DNA from: the human T2T-CHM13v2.0 reference genome, Homo sapiens
DNA: 64,000 bases
NCBI RefSeq assembly: GCF_009914755.1
Contig: NC_060930.1
Strand: one strand, 5' to 3'
Shown here one piece after another: positions 52,301 through 64,000 of the stretch (its first letter is position 1; the number at the start of each line of letters is the position of its first letter). Below the pieces are notes generated by a model. The model did no database searches. It saw only the letters and a program-made list of their open reading frames with translations, and was not told the DNA's origin. Made by a program: the position numbers and the translations under genes.

Positions 52301-55300
52301 TTCCATTTCCTCACAGGAACGGGTGAACTGAGTTTCATAATCCAAGGCGACCTTCTCAAGGAAGCTATTGCCTTTGGTGAGTATCACCCTGAAAACAGTG
52401 CTGGGTGTTTGTCTCTCCTCTCTCGCTGCTTGGCTGGGCAAGTGCCCTTTGCCTAGAGGGAGGGATCTGAGCCACACGGGGCTGTGAGGGACCCCATCTC
52501 CAAAGGGCTCCATTTACTGGGTTTTTATACTTCTCAGAATATTGATCAAACCATAGATTTTCTGTAGTCTCACAGCAAAGCCTGCAATCCCACCGGCAAC
52601 CGCGTGACAACCTCAAGCCAGTCACCTTTCCAGGCCCAACAACTGTCCTGTGAATACAGGGTGCTCACGGGAACGGCTCCATCAGCCCCGCACGCCAGTC
52701 AGTGCCATCTCCAAATGGTCATTTGGTCTCAAGTTTAGCTTCTGTCTTAATGTCTATGGTTTTGGCTGAAGTCATATGGTGTTATTGAAGCCGAGAACAA
52801 AATCAGCAGATTTCATCTGACATTATTGCATATGGGTTCATGAGGTTTTGTGGTTTCTTCATCAAACATGTAGTTAAATGTTATGAAACGGAACCATAAC
52901 AACCTTGTCCAGGAAAAATCTATGTGTCTATTGAGGCACCAAATGTGCTTTCAAGCTGAATGGTTGGCAGGGCTGGAGAAGATTAGCCTAGAGTTTAGTA
53001 AACCTGCCCAGGTGAACCACTGAATCTTGCAATTAAGTTGCTTCTAATGACTTCACATTTGGGAACAAAAATAAACTTTAAAAAGAGAACTAGTACAAAA
53101 AAAACAGTGTCCTTCTGACTATTCTAACGCCCCAGAGGTCAGATGTTGAATTGCAGCTTTGACCAATTTCCATGGGAGAATTGCACATTTAAAAAAATAA
53201 ACTTTTCTTCAAAGCTAGTGAGGCAGAGGGAGACACCTTCATCTCCCTCCCGCCCTTCTTAGCTCCTCCAGGGCTGGCCATCCTGTCTGCAACGCGGATT
53301 CTTCTGCATTTACACATGTGATATTTACAGTGAATGAAAGCTTTATACTCATTATTCATAATAATAATATCAAGTGCCTCTTAGTTCCAGGAACTGTTTC
53401 TCTTCATTGCCCCCCTCTTTAAGTTAACATGCAGGGAAAGAAAGAAAGAAAAGAAAAAGAAAAAGATTTCTACCAGATACGAAGCTACAGTGAGAAGGGT
53501 TCTGCCAGCAGCCACGTTCCTCAGCCCAACTCATTAATTCTGTGCCCCTGAGTCACAGCCGCCGGACAGAGCAGAATCTCTCCCTGGAGGTATTTCTATG
53601 CCAGTGAGAAGGACAGTGGCACCAAACACGCAGAGTGCACAGTCACTGGTGAGCACCAGGGAGGGCAGAGCGGAGGGCTCTCATAACGGACCCCAGGAGG
53701 GATATCTGGGTTGTCCTGCTGCTTGTGGGACAGACACCCTCCGGGCACAGGGGCAGTGCCTGCAAAGACCCTGAGGCCGGCGCTTGCCTGGCCTGTTTTG
53801 GGAACAGTCAGGAGCCCCTGTGGCTGTCAGGGAAGGGGGATGTGGTTCCAAGACCCCAAGGGAATGGCCCTGATCCTGAGGAGGGGAGAAGGTCTCAGGC
53901 AGATGATGAGATGGCAGGCACTGCCCTAGCTATGGGAGGAGATGGGCCAAGTGGCCGAGGGACACAGGAGTCCGCAAGGATGCAGGACCAGGGTGGTGCA
54001 GTGCAGCCTCAGAGATAGCAGGGCGGTGAGAATGACTGGCCCTGGGGACCTTGGCAGGTGAAGGTGACACTCACCAGAGGTTTGTGGCCTTTGCACCTGG
54101 AAGATCAGAGCTTCTCTCTCTGAGATGAGCTGACACAGCATGCCAGGCAGAGACAGCCTCGGAAGTCTGGAGGTCCTGAGACTCCCCTGGAAGGAGGACA
54201 CAGAAATGAGGTGGGAGATGTCTGGGGGCCTCGGGGTGCTGGGTGTTGGGGAGTCAGGGGACAAGAGGGCAGGCGTGGGTCACTTCTCTCATAGAAAAGC
54301 CATTTTGGAAATGCCATGTTTGAAGTAAGTATGTTCTAATATTTCAGAATAGACAAATCTCTACATTCCTAATGACTTTCTAGCTTGTGCAGATAGCCAG
54401 AGCTTCCTGGAGTGGCCTGGGATTTTGCTGCAAGTATCATGAGGAATTTAGGACAGGAAGGAGGGTGAATGCCCATCTGTCTTCTGAGAAGCCCTTGCCA
54501 AGCTCTGCCTCACTGGAGCAGGTGCCTGGGCCTCCATGCCCTGCAGTGGGAGTCACTGGCCCAGTGTTGGGAGAGCTGCAGGGCTGGAGACCCGATTGGG
54601 GTCACAGTGGCATTAGGGCAGAGGATGGCTTGGCTCCAGTTTGGCTGATTTAATGCCTTGACTCTCACCACCGCATCAGGAAGCCTCCACTGACATTTGC
54701 CTTTTCTGATAGCTCACTGATGCCAAACTCCAATCTCCTGTAGGGATGAATCTGAATATAGATATAGAAGCTGGACCCTTGGGAGAAAGTAAACTCAAAA
54801 ATCTGTTGTCAAAAATTGCTTGCCAATCACTTTCTGATGGTTTGAAATCATTTGGAAGACTTTCAAATACACAGTTTTGTTCAACAAGAATGCAGGTCAT
54901 TGTCCTTAATTGTTAATACTTGTTTGCTGCACACTGGACATCTAGCAGGTGTCAGGCTGCATTGTGGTAGCCCCGAGAGAGTCAGAAGGGAACTGCACAG
55001 GCATGCACAGTGCACATGGCAGAGGCCATCCAGCTCAGGGAAGAGAGGCAACGTGTGTGCAGAGAGCTACAGCACAGCAAGGAGAGACACACACATGCAG
55101 AGAGCTACAGCACAACGTGGCCAGGATGTGGGGAAACTGGAGGCACAGGAGAAGACAGAGCCGAGGATTCCTCAGTGGACAAACTGGCCTGTGAGCAGAA
55201 ACAGAAAAGCTCTAAGCACGTCCACTGGGCTAATGGCCAGGAGGGAAACCATCCTAGCAGGGTTCATTCAGGAGCAGGACCGAGCCAGGTGCCCAGTCAT

Positions 55301-55857
55301 GGTGGTGAACTGCTGTGTCTGGTCTCTCTATGCAATCTGCAATTCTAAGCTCATTCTATTAAAAAATGTATCTCTTAATTTTAAAGACCACCTGAAGATT
55401 TACATTTTCTAGCTGCACATATCCTATAGAGGGAAATATTTATTTCATCTCTCTGGGATTTTTCCAGGAACTAAAACCTCAGGCACCAAAACCTCAGGCA
55501 CCATCTGCACTTCACCCGGGGGTCTCCTGTCAGATACAGATTCTGCAGCTCTGCCCTCTGGCTGTCCACACCATTGGTGCTGCACCAGAGCTGACCCTTC
55601 ACAGCTACTTAGTGGTTACTTGGAGTTGGTAAAATAATGGATACTTGGACCTAAATCAAACTTTTTATTTATCAAAATAAAAAAAAATGCCCTTAAAGAT
55701 CATCAGGTTTAGTAGCTTTCAAACATCTTCACCATGGAATCTGTGCCCCAACTCAATCTGACAAGGAAGCCTGGAGCATAAGACACACATCACACTGGGG
55801 CTGGCTGGGCAAAGGTTATGGAGGCTGGTTGCTCTTACCAGCCTCCTGCTTCCCATG

Positions 55858-55876
55858 CCCAGCCCCCTAGTGGCCA
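55858..55876 (-). promoter_or_regulatory. Strong candidate CTCF site (TGGCCACTAGGGGGCTG on the - strand)
   Basis: Close match to the CTCF consensus TGGCCACCAGGGGGCGC; motif only. Confidence 0.55.
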
Positions 55877-56159
55877 GGGACACCCTGTCCAGTCCCTGGG
55901 ATTCAGAGAACCCAGCTTTAAATGACACTGCAGTTTACTGCTGAAGCCAATGACGGGGCCATCTCTGCCTCAGAGCCTGGCCAAGTGCCCGTCCAGTCAT
56001 CTGTGGTCACGCCCATGCAGGGGGGTGTGCTCCTTACAGATGCCATTGCACCCACAACACATAATTGGGCAGAAAGAAAAGAGAAGGCCTCTTTCTCTGG
56101 CACAGGGTACCTTCTCCAGGACTGCAGCAGCATGGCAGCATAGCCAATGGCACAGGTTG

Positions 56160-56313
56160 GGCATCTCAATCTTGTCCTGGGTCAGGCCTTAGCAGCTGTG
56201 GAACCTTAGTAAGTTACTTGGTCTTTCCAAGCTCTGATGTTGGCTTCACATGGAGCTTCGTGGGGCTCAATTACCAAGTGACCTGCACTGATTAAGTGCT
56301 CAATAAATGTTTG
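56160..56313 (+). mobile_element. MIR remnant whose 3' end runs into the GA-rich repeat
   Basis: AGCTGTGGAACCTTAGTAAGTTACTT core and AAGTGCTCAATAAATGTTTG terminus. Confidence 0.55.
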
Positions 56314-58280
56314 TGATGAGGAGGGTAATGATGGTGATGAAGATGATTGATGATGAGGATGATGGTGAGAGGGAGGATGAGGATAATGATGGTGATGAAG
56401 ATCATGAGGAGGAAAGTGATGAAGACGATGAGGATGATGGTGAGGAGGAAGAGGGTGATGGTAATGAAGATGATGAAGATGATGGGGAGAAGGAGGATGA
56501 TGGTATTGGAGATAATGAGAATAATGGGGAGGAGGAGGATGATGGTGATGAAGATGATGATGAGGATGGTGGGGAGGAGGAGGATGGTGATGAAGATCAT
56601 TGATGATGATGATGGTGAGGAGGAGGATAACAGGGATGAAGAGGATGGTGAGAATGATGGGGAGGAAGAGGGAGATGGTGATAGAGATGATGAGGATGAT
56701 GATGATGAGGATGACAGAGATGAAGATGATGTGAGAATGATGATGAGGAGGAGGGGGATTGTGATAGAGATGAGGAGGAGGATGATGGGGAGGAGGAAGA
56801 TGAAGACAGGGATGAAGATGATGGTAAGAATGATGGGGAGGAGGAGGAAGACGGTGATAGAGATGATGAAGATGATGGGGAGAAGGAGGAGGATGATGGT
56901 GATGGAAATGATGGTGAGGATGATGGTGAAGAGGAGGGGGATGGAGAAAGAGATGATCGTAAAGATTATGGTGAGGAGGAGGAGGACCATGGTGATGAAG
57001 ATGATGATGAGCATAATAGGAAGGAGAATGATGGTGATGGAGAAGATGATCAGGAGAAGGAGGATCATGGTGATGAAGATGATGACGAGGATAATGGGGG
57101 GATGGAGGAGGATGGTGGTGAAGATAACGGTGAGAATGATGGTGAGGAGTAGGAGGATGGTGATAAAGATGATTAATGGTAAGGATGATGGTGAGGAGGA
57201 GGAGAAGGACAATGGTGATGAAGATAATGATGAGGAGGACAATGGTGATGAAGATGATGAGGATGATGGCGAGGAGGAGGATGGTGATGGATATGTTCGG
57301 GATAGTGAGGAAGAGGAGGATGGTGTTGAAGGTGACTGATGATGAGGATGATGGTGAGGAAGATGAGGAGGATGGGGATGAAGATGATGGTGAGAATAAT
57401 GGGGAGGAGGAGGATTGTAAAAGAGACGATGATGACGATGATGGGGAGAAGGAGGAGGATGGTGATGAAGATGATGGTGAGAATGATGATGAGGATGGTG
57501 ATGAAGATAATGGTGAGAATGATGAGGAGGAGGATGGTGATAGAGATGATAAAAAGGAAGATGGTTAGGAGGAAAAGGATGGTGATGAAGATTATGATGA
57601 GGATGATGATGAGGAGGAGGAGGAGATGGGGATGAAGATGGTGATGAGGATGATGGGGAGGAGGAAGAGGATGGTGATGAAGATGATTGATGATGACAGT
57701 GATGGGGAGAAGAAAAAGGAGGATGCTGATGAAGATGATGGTGAGAATGATGATGATGAGAAGGATGGTAATGGAGATGATAATAAGGATGATAGTGAGG
57801 AGGAAGAGGATGGTGATGTAGATGTTTGATGTTGAGGATGATGGGAGGAGGAGGAGGATGGTGCTAGAGATGACAATAAGGATGATGGTGAGGAGGAAGA
57901 GGATGGTGATGAAGATGACAGTGAGAATGATGATGAGGAGGATGGTAATGGAGATGATAAGGATAATGGTGAGGAGGAAGAGGATGGTGATGAAGACGAT
58001 TGATGAGGATGAGGAGGAGGAGGATGGTGATTAAAATTATGTTGAGGATGATGGGGAGGAGGAAGAGGATGGTGATGAAGATGATTATGAGGATGAGGAG
58101 GAGGATGGTGATTAAAATGATGTTGAGGATGATGGGGAGGAGGAAGAGGATGGTGATGAAGATGATTATGATGAGGATGATGATGAGAAGGAGGAGATGG
58201 GGATGAAGATAACGATGAGGATGATGATGAGGAGGAGGTGATGATGAAAATGATGAGGTGATAGGGATGACGACAACGAT
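56314..58280. repeat. ~2-kb cryptic trinucleotide array (GAT/GAG/GGT/GAA)n
   Basis: Purine-rich, C-poor triplet mosaic giving D/E- and M/R-rich spurious ORFs. Confidence 0.96.
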
Positions 58281-60702
58281 GCAGCTGCATTCTTTCAGTT
58301 TCCACACCATGCTCTTCCAGGTCCCGTCGAGCTGGGCTGCTGTCTGAAGGCGCAGGGCTGGCATCTCCTGTGTCTGCCATCCCAGGCTCCACAGAGCCGC
58401 ACATGCTAGCAGAACTCGGGAAGGCTGAGAGCTGGGCTGACGGGTTTTAGGTTTCATAATTCTCTTGTGTGAGCTCATTAAATCAAGTGTGAAAAACTAA
58501 GAAGGCACATGAATTCTATTTTTAAAATAGAATGCCCTGGTTCTTGCGTCATGGTTTTTATTTTTTTAACTTCATTGACTTAGAGTTGTTGGGGATGTGG
58601 CTAAGCAATAATAAGGCAAAAAACGTGAACTGGGAATTGGCTGCTTCTGTCACCGCCGGCTCATCCATCCTTCCTTCAACAGGTGCACTCACCCTCCTGG
58701 GGCCAGGTTGCACGCACAAGCTGGAGACTCCAACCTCACGGAGCTGCCCCTCCAGTGGAAAGAGGCAGGAGCCACACCACCCACAGGTGGATAAGTAATC
58801 TCGGATAGCGCCAGGGGCTGCAATGGAAATTAAAATGGAAACAGGACCAGCAGCCATGGGGCTGGGCAGCCCAGTGTTTTTAGGCAGAGGGGTGAGGAGG
58901 CAGCCTGGGGCTGATGCCTGGATCTGAAGAAGGAGTGAGCTGTGTGAGATTTAGAGAGTCATGCCAAGTGGAGGGAACAGCAGACTCAGTGGCAGCCAGG
59001 GGAGGAAGCGGTGTGGGGAGGTGGGAACGGTGAGGTGGGCATGGGGATGTGGGCACGGGGAGGTGGGCAGTCTCTCCATGGCCTGCCTTGAGAAGGAGAG
59101 GAGAGGACGAAGGCAGGACATCCTTGTTTTTAAGGCAGGAGCTTTATTATTGTTATTTTTTAACGTAGAAGAGGTTAAAGCTTGGTCTCTGCTATTGAGG
59201 TAATATGTCTGGCGGGGAAGTGGAGGCTGTGGGATAGACAGATTTCAGGGGCACGACTCTGGAGTCCGGGAAAGGGATGCCGCTATGCCTGGTGTCTGTG
59301 CAATGCCCAGAGGGGTGGCCCTGGGCTCCAACAGGAGTGGGTGTGTTTCCATCTGTCAGAGGGAAAATTGAAGATGTTTCGGGAAGCTTGGTGGCTTCTG
59401 CATTTTCCCCAAAGCAGGTGCCGCGTGTCACCAAGAGGAAAAGCCATCAGCTGAGAACTGAGGGTCTCCAAGGGCATTTGGGGGGTTGAGGAGGAAAGAA
59501 TGAAATGTTCCCTTGGAGACATATCCTGGGATTTTGGGGAGAGTGGAGTCCAGAGAGAGAAGGAGCAGCACCTGGAAGGAGGCTGAACGTGTGTGCGAGA
59601 GTCAGTCAGTGCTCCCCTTGCATCCATTCGCATGCACGGCCGGGTCTCTGCCGACCTCCTCCAGGCCCCCAGCCCTTCCCAGGCTATCCTGCCTCCTGCC
59701 TCACAGAGGAAAATCACACGCGCAACCGCAGCTCGTACAGCAGGTGGGTCCATGGCCACGTTGATGTTAAAACGTTCATTTTTGGAAGGCCCAGAGGCCA
59801 GAAGACAGCTCAGGCAGCCTCCCCACGGCGGCGCACGCTGTCAGATGCGACCCAGCCTCACTTAAAACTTCAAAGACACGCGTTTCAAGGTGGGCCTGGA
59901 GTGCTGTTCTTTTCACTGATTTTTCTCAGTTTGTCGTCCGTTGAGTGGATTCGGAGCTCTTTCATCTGGGCGGTCACATCATCCACTCATCCTGCAGAAC
60001 CAACAAAAAGCCACAGTTGCACTGGACCGTTTCCCGCCATTTTTCCTACGTGTGTGTGGCTGTCAGAAAATGACCCATATTTACTTTGAAATAATACTTC
60101 CCGCCTTTGTTCCATGTAAATCTAATTTATGTTTACTGTTGATTTAAGGAAGTGCAGGCAAGGATATGGAAGAAATTTAAATAACTTCTGTTTCTGCCAC
60201 CCAGAGAGAACCTACTGTTAACATTTTCTGTCAGGCTTTTTATACACATATTTATATAATTGAGATTATTCTGTATATACAATTTTAGTCTTTGTTCCCT
60301 CCCGCCCCACCCAGTATTACTTTGTAAGTAATGGAGCCCAATCTGTGGTTCCCCCACGATAAAGTTATTCTTTACTCTCATTGAACATATGAACACTTTC
60401 TTATTTTTAAAAATTCTTATTCTTTAGTACTACAAATAATACTGTGGCAAAATGTTTTATACCTTTTCCTGAAATGGCGATTTTCTTGAGTCCTATGGGA
60501 AGTTTTACCAGGTCAAAGCTCAGGAACTTAAGGTTTGGGCTTGCAATGACACCTCACATGAAGTGCTGCTGGAATCAATATTTTTGGAGACTTTTCTTAA
60601 TTCTTTAGTTTCTTAAGGGTAAAGAGTGGCAGAAAAAATATACTCTCTTCTGTGATGGTTCTCTGTGATTTCATTTTGAACTTGGGGATTGGTGAGAGTG
60701 CA

Positions 60703-60791
60703 GTGTGAGTGAAACGGTGTGAGTGACACAGTGTGAGTGACACGGTGTGAGTGACATGGTGTGAGTGACACGGTGTGAGTGACATGGTGTG
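60703..60791. repeat. 14-bp tandem repeat (GTGTGAGTGACAYG) x~6
   Basis: Direct inspection. Confidence 0.9.
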
Positions 60792-60826
60792 ACCCGAAGT
60801 GGGTGGAACTGTGCTTCCTACAAAGG

Positions 60827-61221
60827 TGTGTGGGATTTGTGTTATTCCTAACCCCGAAACCTGTGAACATGGCCCCATTTGAAAACAGGGTCTTTGCAGC
60901 TGTCATCAGGCTGGGTCCTGGTCCAGTGTGACTGGCGTCTTTATAGGAGGGGAAGAGATCCAGACACTGGGGAGGAGGCCGTGTAACCATGGAGGCAGGG
61001 TGGGAATGATGCATCCACAAGCCGAGAAACCTCAAGGATGGGTGCTACCCCCAAAGCTGGAGAGACTTGGAGGGGCCCTCCCTTAGAGTCTTAAAGGAGG
61101 CCAGGGGCCTCATGGCACCTTGACGTCAGACCTCAGTCCTCCAGAGCTGTGAGAGGACACGTCCCTGTGCTCTCAGGCATTCAGGCTGTGGTCTGCTTCG
61201 GTGGCAGCCCTGGGAAGCCAA
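60827..61221 (+). mobile_element. MLT1 LTR
   Basis: CCTAACCCC...AGGGTCTTTGCAG...TGACTGGCGTCTTTATAGG...CCTCCAGAGCTGTGAGA...GCAGCCCTGGGAAGCCAAT. Confidence 0.75.
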
Positions 61222-61470
61222 TGTGGTATCCAGACACACTGCTGCAAAGTCTCCATGCTTCCCGGTCCCAAAACCTGTGCGGCAGGCTCCACACCCACAT
61301 GAGTCCCCCAGGGGCCCGTGTGGCATCCAGACACACTGCTGCAAAGTCTCCATGCTTCCTGGTCCCGACACCCGTGCGGCAGGCTCCAAACCCGCATGAG
61401 TCCACCAGGGGAGGGTTCCCGCCATCTTGGTTTACACATATGGGTCCACCAGGGGAGGGTTCCCGCCATC
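61222..61470. repeat. Nested tandem duplications: 97 bp x2, then ~44 bp x2
   Basis: TGTGG(T/C)ATCCAGACACACTGCTGCAAAGTCTCCATG at 61222 and 61319; TCCACCAGGGGAGGGTTCCCGCCATC twice. Confidence 0.88.
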
Positions 61471-61704
61471 CTAGCTTACATGGATGGTGATGTGGGCTGA
61501 CATTGTGTTCACTTTTGCATAACCTGTATCTCCTAACCTGATGTCTACACATAGAATGTGCTTCCAAAATGCCTGTTTCATTAAATTGAGGGATTTCAAT
61601 GTGACAGATAATGGTGTTTGAGGCATGGTTGTTCTCTGAGAATAAAAGGTCATGAAGAAGTTCCAGGAAAGAAAAAATCCAATTATGTTATATGTTATTA
61701 TCTT

Positions 61705-62020
61705 TTTGTTCTTCTTCTTCTTCTTTTTTTTTTTTTTTTGAGACAGAGTCTCACTCTCTCTCCCAGGCTAGAGTGCAGTGGCCTGATCTCGGCTCACTGC
61801 AACCTCCGAGGTTCAAGCAATTCAATTCTTGTGCCTCAGCCTCTTGAGTAGCTGGGATTACAGGCATGAACCACCATGCCCAACTAATTTTTGTAGTTTT
61901 AGTAGAGACAGGGTTTCACCACATTGGCCAGGCTGGTCTCAAACTCTTGGCCTCAAGTGATCCGCCCACCTCATCCTCCCAAACTGCTGGGATTGTAGGC
62001 ACGAGCCACTGTGCCAGGCT
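61705..62020 (-). mobile_element. AluS/J with (TTC)n tail; TSD CAATTATGTT
   Basis: Antisense Alu; CAATTATGTT at 61680 and 62021. Confidence 0.92.
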
Positions 62021-62342
62021 CAATTATGTTTTCAAAGTCTTCCTGAAGTGCCTACAACTTGACAAACCTCTAGCTGGGTAAGAGGTGCACAAAGATGGGT
62101 GAGACCTGGGAACTGCCCCAAGGGCTCACTGCAGACAGGAAAAGAGACACCTGGACATCCCCTGACCCCAGGTGGGCTGAGCAAAGAAGACAGCCCCAGC
62201 CAGTGTTCACAGAAGGACAACGCCATGGCACAGGTGGAGGAAGCGGTGGGGATGCCCTGGGCTGGCCTGGTATGAGAGAGTGGGGCAAGGACGAGGCAGA
62301 GAAATCTTTCCATAATTACTTCGGGAATTTGACATTCACAAA

Positions 62343-62655
62343 TGTTTATCCTACACAAATCTCATTTTGAATTGTAATCTCTCATGCCTTGGTGCTGTCC
62401 TTGAGCGAGTGAGTTCTCCCGAGACCTGGTTGTGTGAAGTGTGTAGTGCCCGCCCTGTCTCTCATTTGCCCCTGCTCCTGCTTCACCTTTGGCCATAAGT
62501 AAAAGATCCTGGAGGCCTCCCCGGAACCAAGCAGATGCCCACGCCACACTTCCTGTGCAGCCCGCAGAACTGTGCACCAATTAAACCTCTTTTCTTTATA
62601 AATTACCTGGTCTCAGGAGTTTCTTGAGAGCAATGCAAGAACAGCATATCGTACA
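62343..62655 (+). mobile_element. MST (MaLR) LTR, internally deleted
   Basis: CAAATCTCATTTTGAATTGTAATC...CCAATTAAACCTCTTTTCTTTATAAATTACC...AGCAATGCAAGAAC. Confidence 0.85.
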
Positions 62656-63014
62656 CATCTTCTGCTCTGATAAAATCTGGTTTGATCAGTAATAAAGAAT
62701 GTGAAGACATGGATATAGAAAGAATTCAGAATCCCTAAAGAAACAAATATTAGTCCACGTGTATATAGTATTCTCTGGGAACCTTGTTTGTGAGTTTCTG
62801 CTCCAGTGGTTCATACAGGGAAGATTAGAAATGTGGCTGGTGAGGGATGCAGACGCTCATTGTGTCATCAGCTGTGGACTTTGCAGACGCCTTTGGGTTG
62901 AGCAGCAATTAGGCAGAAACCTCTTGTCTGTGCCTGCCCTGCATTTAAAGTGTGGAAGATCCTTCTCCTGTCTTCCACCCGATTCGAGGTCAGGGTTGAA
63001 ATTGCCTGGGTTAA

Positions 63015-63047
<33 letters not shown>

Positions 63048-63473
63048 TGAGGACGGGGGTGGAATGTACAGCACCTGACATGAAGACTGGGCTGTCACAT
63101 TTACACATCAGGTAAGTCTATCTGCTCGGGCTGAACGGTGTCCACCTAGAGAAAGCAGAATCTTTTCTGTACTTCCACCCAAAGAGAGTGCCTTTCTCTA
63201 AGTTGCAAAAAGACTCTCTCTGATACAGAGACCTGAATGTTAGAAAGAGATTTCTTTCTTTCTTTCTTTTTTTTTTTTTGATAGAGCATTAAATCCCTTC
63301 CAACTTGAATAGCCTATGAGTAGACAGCTGCATGTTACAGAGAACACAGACTCTGAGGTTAGACAGGTAGGGTCTGGGGCCTGGTTCTGGAACTTAGGAG
63401 CTGCATCGACTGAGGACTTGCCTAAACACCCTGAACCTCAATTTCTTCATCTGTAAAGAAGAAGAATCCCTAT

Positions 63474-63937
63474 TGCTATGGGAAAAATTATGTGCCTCCA
63501 AAATTCATATGTTGAAGTCCTAATCCCCAGGACCTCAGAATAGGAGTCTATTTAGAGATAGGGTATTTATAGAGATAACCAAATTAAATGGTATTATTAG
63601 ATTGAATCCTACTTCAATATAACTGGCATCCTTATAAAAAGGGGAAGTTTGGGCACAGAGAGACACACACAGAGGGAAGGCATTGTGAAGACAGGGAGAA
63701 GATGCCACACAACTGGAGTGATGCAGCCCCAAGCCAGGGCACACCCAGGGTCCCCAGTAAATGCCAGAAGCTGGAGGCAGCCAGGGGGATTCTGCCCTGG
63801 AGCCTTCGCAGAGGGCACGGCTCCGCCCACACTTAGATTTCAGAGTTGTAGCCTCCAGAGCTTTAGGCAAACACAGTTTGGTTATTATATGCCACACGAT
63901 TTGTGGTGCTTTGCTAGGGCAGCCCCAGAGACACACA
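63474..63937 (+). mobile_element. MLT1 (B/C-like) LTR
   Basis: CCAAAATTCATATGTTGAAGTCCTAATCCCCAG...TAACTGGCATCCTTATAAAAAGGGGAA...GCCTCCAGAGCT. Confidence 0.85.
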
Positions 63938-64000
63938 CATCCCTGATCACAGTGCTGTTGTGAGGTACGGGAACACCACTGTGTGCTTGGGGAGTACCCA

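Noticed and set aside
56292-58478. Acidic D/E-rich, Met/Arg-rich and hydrophobic Ile/Leu-rich ORFs up to 330 aa
   Set aside because: By-products of a triplet low-complexity array with frequent frame slips; no exon structure.

Overview
Human (primate) genomic DNA from a GC-rich subtelomeric-type region. I recognise it as the 3' end of SMOC2 (6q27, + strand). The window holds the penultimate 38-nt coding exon (6164-6201, TPRGHAESTSNRQ), the last exon (CDS 8480-8497, PRKQG*; 3'UTR to ~10050) and a plausible alternative two-exon 3' end at 14548-14612 and 15378-~15500. The remaining ~48 kb has no credible protein-coding gene. It consists of Alu, L1, L2, MIR, MLT, MST and MER4 elements, a deleted HERV-H provirus and many minisatellites. 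The most striking structure is an inverted duplication (~34611-35278 / ~36294-36962) with a 547-bp perfectly identical core around a ~1-kb spacer. Its left copy splits an old MLT1 LTR, which identifies the derived copy and the ancestral orientation of the spacer. I found no convincing novel multi-gene system. The best leads are this inverted-repeat cassette, the several possible SMOC2 C-termini, and the VNTRs. Repeat subfamily names are from memory of consensus sequences, not from a database search.
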